From Trichoplax adhaerens (taxonomy: Eukaryota; Animalia; Placozoa): DNA of 64,000 nt. Made by a program: the position numbers and the translations under genes. The notes beneath the pieces were generated by a model that saw only the letters and a program-made list of their open reading frames with translations, was not told the DNA's origin and made no database searches. The stretch spans positions 218,612 through 282,611 of the forward strand of contig NW_002060979.1 in the NCBI RefSeq assembly GCF_000150275.1. Reading direction: 5' to 3'. Of this stretch, positions 52,001-64,000 are shown one piece after another. Position 1 is the stretch's first letter, and each line of letters opens with the position of its first letter.

Positions 52001-53683
52001 CCTTATTATCGACAATTATTTCAAGTTTATTGCCGTTTACATCGATATGGCGATGCTAAATCAACATTACAATCACTTGAAACAGCTTATCGAGATAATT
52101 CCAAATCAAATAGGCTAGCTCAACTTTATTGTCATTATGATTATATTTCATTCTATTATTTTCAAGGTAATTATGACCAAGCACTAACTCATTGCCAACA
52201 TGGGGTTGATTATGTTAGCAGGATCAATCCACAAGATGAGCGACTAATACAGCAATTAAAATATCACTCAGGCTTAATATATTTAGCCATGGCTGATATC
52301 CATTGGAGTCAAAGTCAATTAACTAAAGCAAGTCAATACCTTAATCAGTCACAAACTATCCTAAAAGTGATAACATTAGATAAGCACTTTTGTCGTAGCC
52401 GTATTGCATTATTACATGGACTAATTGCCCTTTCGCAAGGTAAATATGATGACGCATTAAATAACGGTAAACAAGCCCTCAGCAATGCCATTATCAATTA
52501 CGGCGGTAAACATATTTATGTCGCTCGATTGCAAGATATCATGGGAGATATTTATAAGAGATTACCCGAGCAAAACGAGTTGGCATTGAAATCATATAAT
52601 GCGGCAATATTATTAAAGAAAGGAATTTTAAACGCTGAAAATGCGGATATAACAAATACTTATATTAAATTAGGTGGACTATTGCGTATGATGGGTAAAT
52701 TTGATAAAGCAATTACCTTACTAGAGAAAGCATTAAATCTTCAAAAAACAATCTTTGGAGATCATCACTTTCAATTAAGTACAACTTATGATGTAATAGG
52801 GCGTATACATACCGCAACTCAAGATTACGTTTTAGCACGACGATATATTGCGACAGCTATCCAAATTAAACAAGCAGCATTTGGTGATAATCATTTCAAT
52901 CTTGCGAATAGTTATAATTTTCTAGGTGAAACTTATAGTATTGATGGTAATCATATACAATCACTCGATCATTTTGGTACAGCTGTAGCACTAGCTATGC
53001 AAGTCGATGATTCTAATGTATTTGAATTAGCACGTTATTTTAATAATCATGCTGTTGCAATCTTTAATACAAGATCCAATTATGAAGATGAAAACGAACG
53101 TATCGAGTTAGTTTTCTATTTCTTAAATCAGTCATTAAAGTTAAAATTGCAATCACGAGGTGAATACAGTCGTGAAGTTGAAGAATGTTATCAAAATTTT
53201 GCTAATTTCTATCAACGCCTAGCTATTAATGAAGAACAAAAGGTGGATGAATCAATAAGTAATAGAGAGATACAGGATACTCAACTCCGACAAGCACTGG
53301 ATTATTATAAGAAGATTCTAAAGATCCAATTAAAAGTTCATAGCAACGATAGCTTAGAAATTATTGAAACATGTCGCAATATTGTTATAATTCTCATTCG
53401 TTTTAATGAATACGATGACGCCCTAGAGCATCAAAAAATGATATTAGAAGTTTATATGAGACGTATAGGAAACGAAAATATTCAAGTTGCAATGTGTTAT
53501 TATGAAATGGGTGAAAGTTATAACCGGCTACAAGATAAGAAAATGGCTAATTTATGCTTACAAAAAGCTCTAGCAGTTGGTAATAATTGCGAAGATTTAA
53601 GAGAAGACTTTTTAGGCGAGATTAAGGCTAAAATTAAAGAGATTAATCTACAAAATAAATCACGATTATGCACTCTAATCTAA
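49004..53683 (+). CDS. Intronless STAND (NB-ARC/AP-ATPase-like) P-loop NTPase with C-terminal TPR array and CaaX box, 1559 aa
   Basis: A single 4.7-kb ORF. Motifs: Walker A GESGLGKT(T)LAIEYAH (about 50348-50371), Walker B LLIFDD (about 50720-50740), GxP motif LCHGCPLLL, winged-helix YRIHSIIQ, more than 10 kinesin-light-chain/NPHP3-style TPRs (e.g. LEKALNLQKTIFGDHHFQLSTTYDVIG), and the terminus CTLI-stop. Confidence 0.9.
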   Translation: MIMKLEDDQVDKVDRKTSLSSDGSNGILASIEDKIDQDDLNQLKPVINDIRSITSSTVDRNVRTIIDILSGNKQDGRKFDYKRYFKTATICRQILVEILSYYPLTCQQIELLLPSVRLLTDKFREIINFEEKDQQAESCYDDQLGKDNSKYQQRSSVDLLSIYATFMELLIIEDLIRQSTSLHPVHVAYCYAQWYHRCHQILRNNNRKILFELMMDLKDHLIDYQYCYIAIDCLSQIIQSSYCSYDLKLIAIYGTEYQPSIAKVSILGYKDLLDYCLHRLPYNTRQLKIVVYKWLMDMLTIIQLPSLSDTLRKPLYDELKQRLVCIPAEIRHQCLQDSLITDSQLQLILQESETPHSPQREQQGRQKQHENHREQHQEQQRQQQEQQQRQQQQYYRCFIDNIELPNSIIGQPFQLICLPSRFPNFMRNHDHLMGIESQLKKNKNCAIQGESGLGKTTLAIEYAHQHRHFYDIIYYFDASSILSLQRDFIRLGIELCRSSRVHSFRFTLYENLCQLLGHYNDIAINPHDYNYYDDKIISLMDRIYYDHGWIFHPWLKSFISLIIDILQSHHSALLIFDDIRYLQWIKTYLPGGENIHVILVFDQVHNDDTIRFIKVKPLSSEISRRYLQKVPLAKTTTSNDDTQASAAATTNATAIATTTNATTTTTATTNSSTTVNTNTNQNGQNGGRRISRQYLNRLNDSSPLTILTELCHGCPLLLHFIRSYTQVSHITLGDYYQEVVNDIAPLTYSNQSNRHLMTVAVAIILVKPAVTSIFQQYPIAAELLTFISFVSPRHIDKIELLHYLNYNSHSRQDLNFAIQILYNYGMINESCHGYRIHSIIQNVVHMKLKDEKIYQQTIDSILTYFLHQFEELEKISTLYPYYNRHQFYYELVVHAEYCCRYANGNHHNLAEIAAKIKLHLAKCYLQSYCYTQADDYCQASLQYFMNHDGVNDSKTCQCYDILARIDYATGQFQSALDYLQLSLKCKQELLEQSHHIQFIPYYRQLFQVYCRLHRYGDAKSTLQSLETAYRDNSKSNRLAQLYCHYDYISFYYFQGNYDQALTHCQHGVDYVSRINPQDERLIQQLKYHSGLIYLAMADIHWSQSQLTKASQYLNQSQTILKVITLDKHFCRSRIALLHGLIALSQGKYDDALNNGKQALSNAIINYGGKHIYVARLQDIMGDIYKRLPEQNELALKSYNAAILLKKGILNAENADITNTYIKLGGLLRMMGKFDKAITLLEKALNLQKTIFGDHHFQLSTTYDVIGRIHTATQDYVLARRYIATAIQIKQAAFGDNHFNLANSYNFLGETYSIDGNHIQSLDHFGTAVALAMQVDDSNVFELARYFNNHAVAIFNTRSNYEDENERIELVFYFLNQSLKLKLQSRGEYSREVEECYQNFANFYQRLAINEEQKVDESISNREIQDTQLRQALDYYKKILKIQLKVHSNDSLEIIETCRNIVIILIRFNEYDDALEHQKMILEVYMRRIGNENIQVAMCYYEMGESYNRLQDKKMANLCLQKALAVGNNCEDLREDFLGEIKAKIKEINLQNKSRLCTLI
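50077..50182 (+). repeat. Gln-rich coding low-complexity tract
   Basis: CAA/CAG-rich codons encode QREQQGRQKQHENHREQHQEQQRQQQEQQQRQQQQ, between the N-terminal domain and the NTPase. Confidence 0.85.
50930..51060 (+). repeat. Thr/Ala/Asn-rich coding microsatellite (ACT)n
   Basis: An actactact-rich insertion encodes ASAAATTNATAIATTTNATTTTTATTNSSTTVNTNTNQNGQNG, just before the GxP motif. Confidence 0.85.
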
Positions 53684-56436
53684 AATTAGTTGACTTGAAC
53701 TTGCTCTATTGATTAATTTATTGGCAACGTATTAGATATTGGTAACGATGGATAGCATTGATGAGAGGATTTCTAGTACGAGATGAGGACTAAAGTAAGA
53801 GTAAAATCAGAATTTGTACTCTGATCTTATTTATTTGATTAGCATTTACTCTATTACTCATAAATACTAGTAACAAATATCAAAAATTGAAGAGATTTTT
53901 AGTACAAAATTAAGACTTCAATTACTGTATTAATTAAACTAAGATTTACATTTTATTCTAACTTACTTTTAATTTAATTGGGTAAAATTCACACCTTTGA
54001 ATAGTAAAATTCATTTTATTACTTGCTGTTGAATTTAAACTTGACAAGTTACGTTACTTATGAATGATCATTAAGCAACGTTATTTAAAAATTATGAACA
54101 TAAGTAATTACTTAATAAAATGTCATCTGTTTCGTAATGCATAGCATTTACCTATCGAATTAAAATTAAAAATTATAATTTCCCCTGTTCTCTATTTTAA
54201 ATTAAATGACTATAGTAGATGTAATTGATATCATGATCTAAAAATTGGCTATTAGGTTATTGAAAGCTTTGTATTTTTTAATCATGGAAGTATATGACAA
54301 TCTACCTTAGCTCACAAAAAGTTCGATTATAACTTGAATTAAACCCAAAATTTTTTCATTCAGTAAAGAGCATTACATCATAAATTGGAGCATCTTTTCT
54401 TACTTTATTAATCGTATCTTTGTAGCAAGACTATGAAGCTTTAACAACAGTAACCTATTTTAATGAGCCAATGCAATAGTTAATTAGTATTTATATCACA
54501 GTGATAGTTACAAATTCAGATATAGGTTGTGATCTTACTAAATTATTTTACTCACGAAAGTCAACTTGTAGCATTTCTATTTCGTTACATTAATTAAATG
54601 CGAAAATTTTATATTTAATAAGAATATTAAAATTTTGTCCTAACACATTAAATTTAAAGTTTTAAGGGTAGACCGTGTATGAATAAATTCTAATCTTATT
54701 GAACTAATTTATTCTTGCAATTCTTCATTCATAACCAGTTCAACAAGTTAGTTAATGTACAACTATTTCTAATACAATAAAGTATTCAAGTTTTATCTCA
54801 ATAGATTTAAAGGCGGCTTATAAAATATACAAGGACTATCGCGTTAATCTTTTATGATCATTGCTTAAAATTAGCTAGTACCATCAGATCCGCAATTAAT
54901 GTACCGTAATATGTTTATTTCTGGCTGTATCTAATTAAGAAGGCCAAAAGACCGATTTTAAAGGACAATACTTTATTAAAAAATTTATTACATAAAATTG
55001 CAAGTCGCTTCTTTGAGCAGACAAAGCCGAATCTAAATCTCTTCAATAAACTGTTACTGTTCAAAACTTTGTTTGAATAGAACTTTTCGTACTCCAATAT
55101 GTATTTCAAACGTCTAAATCTGTTAGAACCCTAAAGGTGATAATATTATTAATGTACAGTAGGCAAAACTTAGAAAGGAATCGAAGTTCACTAACGCAAA
55201 AATATGACCTTGTTACAGTGTTATATACTGTATTACAGTAGAAATATCTATGTTAGGATAATTCTATTAGACTATCCTTATTTAGTTAACTTCTAATTTG
55301 GATATACTGTGTTTTAATATAGCATTGACTTTTTATGACAGTGACACTTATACACATACTGAAATTAATAGTTATAATAGGGAATGCAAATCATCTGCTT
55401 ACAGTTCGAATCATTGTGATTGTAATTTACTTATGGTAGACTGTAAATTATCATGGAAATGTTCCGTGATAGGACATATCGTAATCTGACTATTCTGTAT
55501 TAGTCATTACATGTCTATGTTCGTAAATACTGTTGTCTGCATTAAGGGAGCAGTAGCTATAATTAATATCTAATTCAGTAAATGATTCCGAGGTTAATTG
55601 TATTAACTATGACTCATGAACTATTGAGGAACAGTATATAAATGCAGTATATCGTGAAATAAAGTAGAATTCTCCAACTTAGTGTTTAACGTAAAATACG
55701 AGGCGTTTAAGTCTTTGTGTAGTCTGCTAGTAGAGCAAAAGTGTATGTGATAGTGCAGATATCGTTCTTTGATACATGGTTCAAGGAATTGACTTATTGA
55801 TCGTATATTGCGTTATCTTGTTGCAAAGCTGTTTTGTGACAGACCTCTAAGCTACTAATTTCATGCTCAGTAATTCCATAATTCTAGCAGAAATACCCAA
55901 TTTGCTCAATTACGTAATCTTTAAGATACCAGCGTTAGGCTATGTAAATCCAAACTTTATAAATTTCTTCTATAACGCATACCGATTCTAATAGTCATTT
56001 ATAGAATGAAACATAGTTTTTTCTTTGCCATATGAGGAAATGTAGAATAAAAATTAAATCAATATCCAGTCTGAATTGATGAAGCTTTCTACATTTAAGG
56101 CAACGTCTTAGCTTACCGATAGTACAGTCGATTCACTTATGTGTACTCAAAAATGATAGCTGTAGTGTATGCTTCTAAATACGGTATAGTCTATTCCTAG
56201 TAAAGTTGATTCCACTTAGACTGTAACATAACTCCTTATTTGTATAATCTACGTTTAACTACTATATTCATACTGTGGAAATCTCTTATACTCTAGCTTG
56301 ATTATATCGTAGAACCACCCTAGTATAGAATTAAGCTATTTTATATAGCCATTCGTGTTTTATGAATAATTTCCTCCTGCTGTGCTTCTTTCATTATTAA
56401 AGTCTTAATCTTGTATCTATCTTATTAGTTAGTTAG

Positions 56437-59400
56437 TTCTGCTATTTAAACGGTAAGATTGCATGTTTTACCTATTCTAAATTACAATAGCTATTCGACT
56501 AGTAACGTCGTTATACACGCTATAACCTCACACGGTTTTCCTCTTGCACTAATTCCAATAAACCTATTTCTCCATTAATTTAACTCTGGTAATTTAATTG
56601 CAATTATGACGGACCCTAAAATTTCCGAAATATCATACTAGCCTCGAGGTTGAATAAAATTTCTTATATCTTTACGAAATATACTAGTAGCTATAATACC
56701 CTACATTATTTTCTTTCCCATTTTTAAATAAATACAATTATTTTTGCCTTCATTGGTATTTCGTATTATTATTTCTTATCCAATAAGGGATTGAATTCAT
56801 GGCAAGGTACATAAGTGACTACGCAATAATTAGTTTGTTAATCAGAAAGTAGTTAGTTCAGTTGTGCAGATCGTGATTTAATATTCGTGATAGAATTTGT
56901 GAAATGAAAGTATTTCTTTTTGTAACATGTTAACAAAGTAATTACTATGGAACTAATCGGAGCACTGTAGCAGAGGAATTAGTTAACCAGCATAAGTAAT
57001 AAGATTACAACTGATACATCAAACTAGGTCGATTGTTTAATCCATTATTAATGTGAAACATTACCTGGTGTCGTTGATATGGATTAGAATTATACTACTA
57101 CAAAATGTATCTTTATAATTGAATTTCAACATGCAATTAGCCATAAATATGAGAGTAAAATTAAATTAAAACATCAACCGACGAAATTTTTTAACGCAAT
57201 GATAAATAAGCTTTTCTATATTTTATGGCTATGTATAAATATTTATGAACAAGTATCTTCATCATTACCTTCTATTAAGACCTTATATCGAAGTGCTGTT
57301 TAATATTTCTGGATAAATTTATACTGGTAAATTCATTTATGATTGCTGTCCTATCTGATATAAGGCTACGCCCAACTCAGTTACAGTAAAAAACAACTTA
57401 AGCAAAGCACTATTAGATCATGCTATTAAAATAATTTTATGTTGCTTAACAATGAGTATGGTAACATGGTAATCTCTTAATGAAAACTGACTAATTAATT
57501 CGACTGTTATCGATAACGAATGATATATACTTCTAGTAAATCTTTTTGTTGTCGGAGCATTCCAGAAAATATAGGTAGATTTCCGTAAATAAGCGTGCAA
57601 CATTTATCATATCGTGGCAATAAATTGGAAAGATATAATTCTGTGATATAAAATTGAAATTTATTGTTTTATAATTGTGTATTATGAAGCTAAGTCTTGC
57701 AAAATGAAAGAATAAAGCTGGAAATACTAGTATTTGCCTAAAATTAAAGATCGAGGAGTTTATCTATCATTTGCTGGGGTGTAGAAATCAATTTGACTAG
57801 GCAATATTAAATTATATAATGCAGCCATCAAATATAGCTATTCCGATGGAGTTGAGGATGATGATGAATAAATGACACATCACTAACGTGTTAACTACAG
57901 TACATCTTTCTCATACATGAATTCAAGCACTATATAGATAAGCATGAAATGAAAACCTGTGAGATTCGCATTAAAATAAACCAGCTACCAGTGTAAGGCA
58001 TACATTAGCTTGGAAAATATTTTCTACTCTATATCGCAAGTGGAGGGTTTTATTGCACTAGCAATCTTCTACTAAATTTCGTTTAAGCATCTCCGCTATT
58101 TTATGTCATATAGTGATTTCATATTACTATTGCACTTTCAAAACTCATCACTTCTATCGTTGGTTAAAGTCACTAAAATTAGTATAACAGGCTGCAGTCA
58201 ATTTAGTTGAAAGTTACTCCTATAATGAGGAAAAACGTTAAAAATTTTATAGCATCCTTGCAAGGCACAAATCCATCTATATAAACTTATGGAATTATTT
58301 ATAGTCATTTTAACTTTATAGACGCGTATTAAAATAATATTATGATAAGAAGAAAGTTCTTGAATACAACCTAACTGAAATGATAAGAGATAAAATTAGA
58401 TAGTACTATAACTATTTTCTAGGGACATAAGTGGCATTTAATTAATGAAAAAACTCCTACGTTCATGATATGATATTTATGCAATAATAACAAAACTGTA
58501 GCTCAGTGATATGATAATATCGTAATATAATAAGATTTTTTGTTTATGGTTATGCAGTTAAGGCTATTTTTTACTGTACTAGTCAATCTTAATAATTAAT
58601 TGGATTAGAAATTACCTCATAGCTAACGTGAGGACAATGTCACTATTGTTCAAGTCGCTAAGAAATAATGTAAATAATTTCGTTTACCAACTTTAATCTT
58701 ATGACAGATTATAAAATCGAAGTGCTCTCATGCTAATATTGAGCGCCTGATAAATCAATCGCACAGGCTATAATTTACAGTAATATATCTATTTTTGATC
58801 TTTCTTCGGGTTGACTAGTAATTTCCTTCTTTTTATTAGGTAAATTAGATATTAGATTTCCCTTTTCTCAATTTTTCTGTTCTATCTGTTGTATACTAGA
58901 TTTGGTTCTTTTACTTATAACACAATTTTCTATTCAAAGAAATAGCTCCTGCAAATGATAATAAATTAAATTTAATTTCTGAAACTTTTGTTATCATTAC
59001 TAATTTATTACACCATATATGCATTCTGCTTTATATTTAATCTTTACTCCTATAATGCTATCTGAAGTCTATATAACTGCTATAAAACCGCATGAGAGAT
59101 ATATTCTGTTTTAATATAAATATTTAGCGAAAAAAATTTAAGACTAATTTATCTTGTTATGTATGGTTATTTCTACATTCCAAAATTATTTCAGTTATGA
59201 TGGCTTTTGTTCTGTTGGTAAGGGTACTCATGTATTATTATATATAGGGTGATTCTATGGTTACTACATTAATTTACAGGATTGTAGAATTAAAAAAATT
59301 AGTATATATGTAACATATACATTCAATTCTATGCCTATAATATCTTAATGTGATGCCATACAGTTTAAATATTAAAATACTATAAAGCGCATCTGTTTTA

Positions 59401-60945
59401 AATAAAATTATTGGTAACATATTGGCAAAAGGCTTTATCTATCTAAATGAAATAGATATCAAAATTATTCTTCCCGTGGAGTATGGTGAGACAGAAAACA
59501 ACCTATAGATCAAATTACTTGGATGATACGTGATATTAGCATCAGTTGAAAGTTGTATAATGATGATATCATAAAAGTTAACAGAACTTTATGAATCTAA
59601 AGTAAACAGGATGTAACTTCATAATACATTTATCTCAATCTGAAATAATTATGTCCCAAATTTTGACATTATATCTCCTATTATTTATCGGTACAAGATA
59701 AAATAATGGAAATATCAGTCTCGCTGAATGGATGCTATTCTATTCTCAAGAAACAATACAGGCTAGTCGTTGTGAGGAAATGAAAATCTTAACCAACAGA
59801 AAGATTCCTTCAATAGAGTGGTTGTTATTAATTTAGATAGCCTGTCCGAGTTCGATATCATTATGATTACAAGGTTTTCTATTATTGTCTATATAAAAGC
59901 GTAAAAGGAGAATTTATGAATCTGACAAATCATGATTAATAACGTAGACCTTTATTCTATAGACTTGCTGGAATAGCTTATGAATTGTGTCTATAAATGT
60001 GTTATTCTTTTAGTAAAAATAAAAACACCGCCTACGTTACTGTTTGCTTCTAATTTATCGGGCCATTTTTTAATTATCAATTAGGACTACAACTCTGTAT
60101 TATTTTTATAAAACTTATCAACTTCCTTAAAGTAAATAGTATTAACCCCTAAACATGCATTATATTAAATATTAGTTAGGTCACATGATCATTTTCATCT
60201 ACAGATTTTGACAAATATCTGTACGAGTATTGTTTTTGTAGTGTTTGCTTACATGCTATAAAATAGACATGTAGGTGTAAGTCAGCTGTTTTTAACTAGC
60301 GTGCATATTCTAATCTATTTCACACTAATATAAGTAGCGGTGAGCAGCCATATGCCATTTGCTATAATATCAAGGTTATCAGTTAATTCAACCTTCAATT
60401 AAATCAGTTACAATCCGATGAAAACTATTCCTTCCATCATCCTTTGCCAATTCAGCGTATCTCCTAGTTTTAATAAAATTATGTGGGCTCTAACTTTACT
60501 TCTACTTGCAGGATTACATCACATGGTAAGAGTAATATAAACAAATGCGTTGCTATCTATGCTGATTTTAACTCAACTGCAATTCTAATTTGATATACAG
60601 CTTGCTATAAATTTAAGTTGCAAGAAAATTAGCTGATTACTAACTTTCTTTAATTTATTTTTAACTATCATAAACTATTTTCATTTAACTTTCAACTGTT
60701 AATATTGGACGCGAGATATTAATCTATTCCATGATTTTATTACTAATAGTTATTAAAGAAAATATTTTATGCGTATATTATACTGCAATTATGAATCGTA
60801 TGGCTTTTGTATCTATAACGGATTGTAAGCTAATTAATCTGAAAAAGACCATTGAGTCGATAATACTGTCTCAAATTTACATTTTTCTATTAGAATTTTA
60901 TATATATGACCAGCGCTTCTCCGGACAACTTTCAAAAGCCCTTAG
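56437..60945 (+). other. Chain of candidate micro-exons (16, 19, 23, 14, 32 nt), possibly the 5' part of a gene continuing beyond the window
   Basis: AG-[short]-G|GTAAG units at 56437-56452, 59195-59217, 60512-60525 and 60914-60945, plus a weaker one at 56788-56806 (AAG / GTACAT). The unit at 60512 has a CTAAC branch site and a pyrimidine tract. Confidence 0.35.
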
Positions 60946-63900
60946 GTAAGCAACTTATAAATATGCGTGCACACTAAAATAATGCACAACTATATTATTA
61001 TGAGATTATAAGCGAATCAGGTTGGATTTTGTCTTTATTGTGTAATGAGTATGAGGTAAAAAAATGGTAGGAATTCTACCAGAAATTAAATAATTTTGTT
61101 TACTAATATTACAATCCGGATAAAATTTATATTATAAGTTAGGTTATAATTAATAGTTTTTCTTAAAATGCATTTCGTAGCTAGTTCAAATTTCACTATT
61201 GTATAATAAATGACTTTGTGAGCAGTAAAACTAGATTCTAATATCAAAGTAAAAAAATAACTTAGAATTCAATGCTCAATGACCGTTTTCAAATTTTTCC
61301 ATCAGAATTCACACGATCATAGCTGAGGTGAAACTATAGTTCTTATGTATATGTCTAAAATTATATTCGAAAGTTATCATAGGTAGGGTTGAGGTTATCA
61401 AAAATTATCATAGTTAATCAGTTTGCAGTTATACTACAAGTACTGCAGTCGTAATTTTAAAATTTACGGCACTATTTCAATTGCTAAGCCTAAAAAATTA
61501 AAAAATTTTTAGAGATCAAACTATCATGGTTTTCTAATTTTTGCTAATATCTATTATCTTGATAAGAAGATAGAATAGTTTCCATCAGATAGCTATGCCA
61601 ATTTCTGCAATTTGCTTAACATTACCACTGATGAAGTTGATAGTGGCTGCTTTAATTCAATCCTCAGCATTTTTCTTTCGTCTCATTGATATTCTGTTGA
61701 TTATCGCTCAATTTGTTCAATAACGAGATCTGTTAGCAATATGAAATGCAGTATTTTTAAACAATTGAAATCTGGTTTCTTGCAATTCGGCTTCCTATCT
61801 AAATCTAAAGGCAACACATGGTCAGTTATGTCTGAGAATAATCATGTAGATCTTAATTGACATTGTTGAAGTTAGAAATAGGAAGGAAGAAAAATATAAT
61901 GCAACATCGTGACCGTATTTTTATTAGGCGTGGGAGAGATACCTAATTTTCCCTTAGGCTGTCGTCTAAAATTATATGCTTTATTCCTGTATTTAGATGA
62001 TTAAATGAAAAAATCATCCAATACTAATTATGACCATTTTAATATCAAATAATTATGTTACCATTTAATTTAGCTAAAGAATATGGAATGGATGTGGATT
62101 ATGTTTACTTTACAGAGATAATTTAATATTACCCTTATACGTTTCTTTCGCTGTCTATGAACCCGAAGGCGTAGAGATAACTTAATTACATAAACTGATA
62201 CGGCGATAGAGTCATGTAATGGTAACATCATTATTCTTTCTCCCATTGTTAGTCTATTTTTAGTAGTTCCAGAAAAGACAATAAATGTTTAGATAGTTGA
62301 AGTAGGCAAATTTAATTTGATTTAGTCTAGCTTTGACAATATTATTTCTTAAGGGTCATTTTCTATAATGCAAGCGCTGGCAGACTGCCGAAATTAGTAT
62401 CATTGCTATCATAGCTAGTCAAGGTAAATTCTAAAGTCGAAAGCTGGTGCAGCTATGTTTGGTAATATTCTATTTTCTAAATATGAGATATAAAGAATTT
62501 ATTATTTTTCTGTATGTAGTTGATAAGAGTTTGGTAGTCTATCCATTAATTAATTATATTATTGATATTATGCATCATTAATGTAAGGGCAATAAATTCC
62601 TTCAGTATCAGAAAATTTATTAATTGGAGCTATTTTGCTATAAAATTGTTATAAAGTAGTTTTACTTATTTCCAATTTATGATATATGGTGATAACTGAA
62701 ATGTCTTGGTTTCTTGTCAGTCTTAATTTAGAGTCCAAAAACTGCAAAATCTTCCTTATTAAGGAATATCTAAATATGATAGAAATAGCAAACATTAAGC
62801 TTGATAAAATTAGAGAACTATAAAAATATATAATTTGATTTATTTATTAACGATAACGGTTTCTTAAACTTAATTGCAAACGTCTTTAGACATCTACTAA
62901 TCAATGGATTACGTAGTCATTGATTTTTTACAGAGGAAGATGCTAATATATTAGCAAATTTTGAACATTCTTGCGTGAATTAAGAATATTGCCACATTAG
63001 CTATTAATTAACACGGGTTACGATTACGTCGTAAATAAAAAAATAAACATAATGCAGTTTGATCTCATTTCCATGTTCTAAACTTTTATCAATATATTTT
63101 CCAATACCTATTTTGTCCCGATAATATCTGATTGAGATCGACAGCCTATTTAAAGTACATATTTGTATTATATACAAATTGTAAAGGTATGTTAAGGGCA
63201 TCCTAGGAACTATTTTAATTTCAGACAAAAGTTAGTAATCCAATAGATAGCATTTCGTATAAATAAGCTATTAAGAAAGTTTTGATTTTAAGCGTACTAC
63301 TGTGATATTGAATTTAATTTCTTAATTTTCGTCTGGAACTCTCTGAATTGTTTTATTTAGGGTTAATAGTGCAGATGAGCTACAGAAATTTAATACCGCT
63401 GTATTTATAAGTCCAGAATACTTAATTCTTCATAGATCTTACTTATGAAGTTTTTTCACTTTGCTTTGTAGATTTCAGCAGTAATTTTGATTTAAATCAC
63501 GATGCAATAGCTAGAATCATTTAATCAATCACGATTTGTAATGGAGAAGGTGCTAGCATCTATGCGATTGCTGCGTAATGAAATTTCGTACGGCTTTAAT
63601 AGAAAAAAGCCGGTTGTTGAATCGTGATATGGATGTTTTCTTTAAACGCAGATTTTAGTCTATTCACGTTAAAAGTTTAACATATTTTTAATTTCTAGTA
63701 AAACCGCTCTAACTTTCCTTCAATTCTCTCATGATATTTGAGTACGTCTATTCAACACAATTAGTAACTGTATCTAAACAGTCAGTCTTTATTTAGGGGA
63801 TGCTCTAAGACTGATAACTTGAACAATTAATCTTATAATGTAATTTGAAAGAATTGCCATGAATGTATAATAGCTTTTCATATCTAAAATTTACAGCACA

Positions 63901-64000
63901 CACAATATTTACCTCAATTGCTTAATATAATGCACAGGTTTCTCTATTATCATTATAGCTATATGCCATAACAGCTGATATCGATTAAAAGACAGATACG

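Noticed and set aside
53745-53930. Weak direct and inverted similarities downstream of the NB-ARC-TPR gene
   Set aside because: The matches are short and AT-rich, too weak to call an element.
61560-61830. Coding-like composition on the - strand (possible pseudogene)
   Set aside because: All frames contain stops and I recognise no homology.

Overview
This is AT-rich eukaryotic (metazoan) DNA with compact genes and short GT-AG introns. The gene style suggests an early-branching animal such as a placozoan (Trichoplax-like); that is an inference and was not verified. From left to right: (1) a small secreted single-CUB-domain gene (- strand) built from a signal-peptide exon, a 13-nt micro-exon and a CUB exon; (2) about 12 kb without recognisable genes, ending in a palindrome-rich, GC-richer promoter-like segment; (3) a complete 14-exon Flamingo/CELSR adhesion GPCR (+); (4) an unidentified multi-exon gene (-) lying only about 56 nt behind, or fused to, (5) a CBM4/9-like plus GT49 (LARGE/B4GAT1-type) glycosyltransferase (-); (6) a 3.7-kb divergent spacer with three different repeat systems; (7) GTF3C1, the large subunit of TFIIIC (+); (8) an intronless 1559-aa STAND/NB-ARC-TPR protein ending in a CaaX box (+); (9) about 10 kb without long ORFs but with a chain of candidate micro-exons. 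No rRNA, tRNA, CRISPR array or intact transposon was seen. All exon boundaries are manual predictions from splice motifs and frame continuity.
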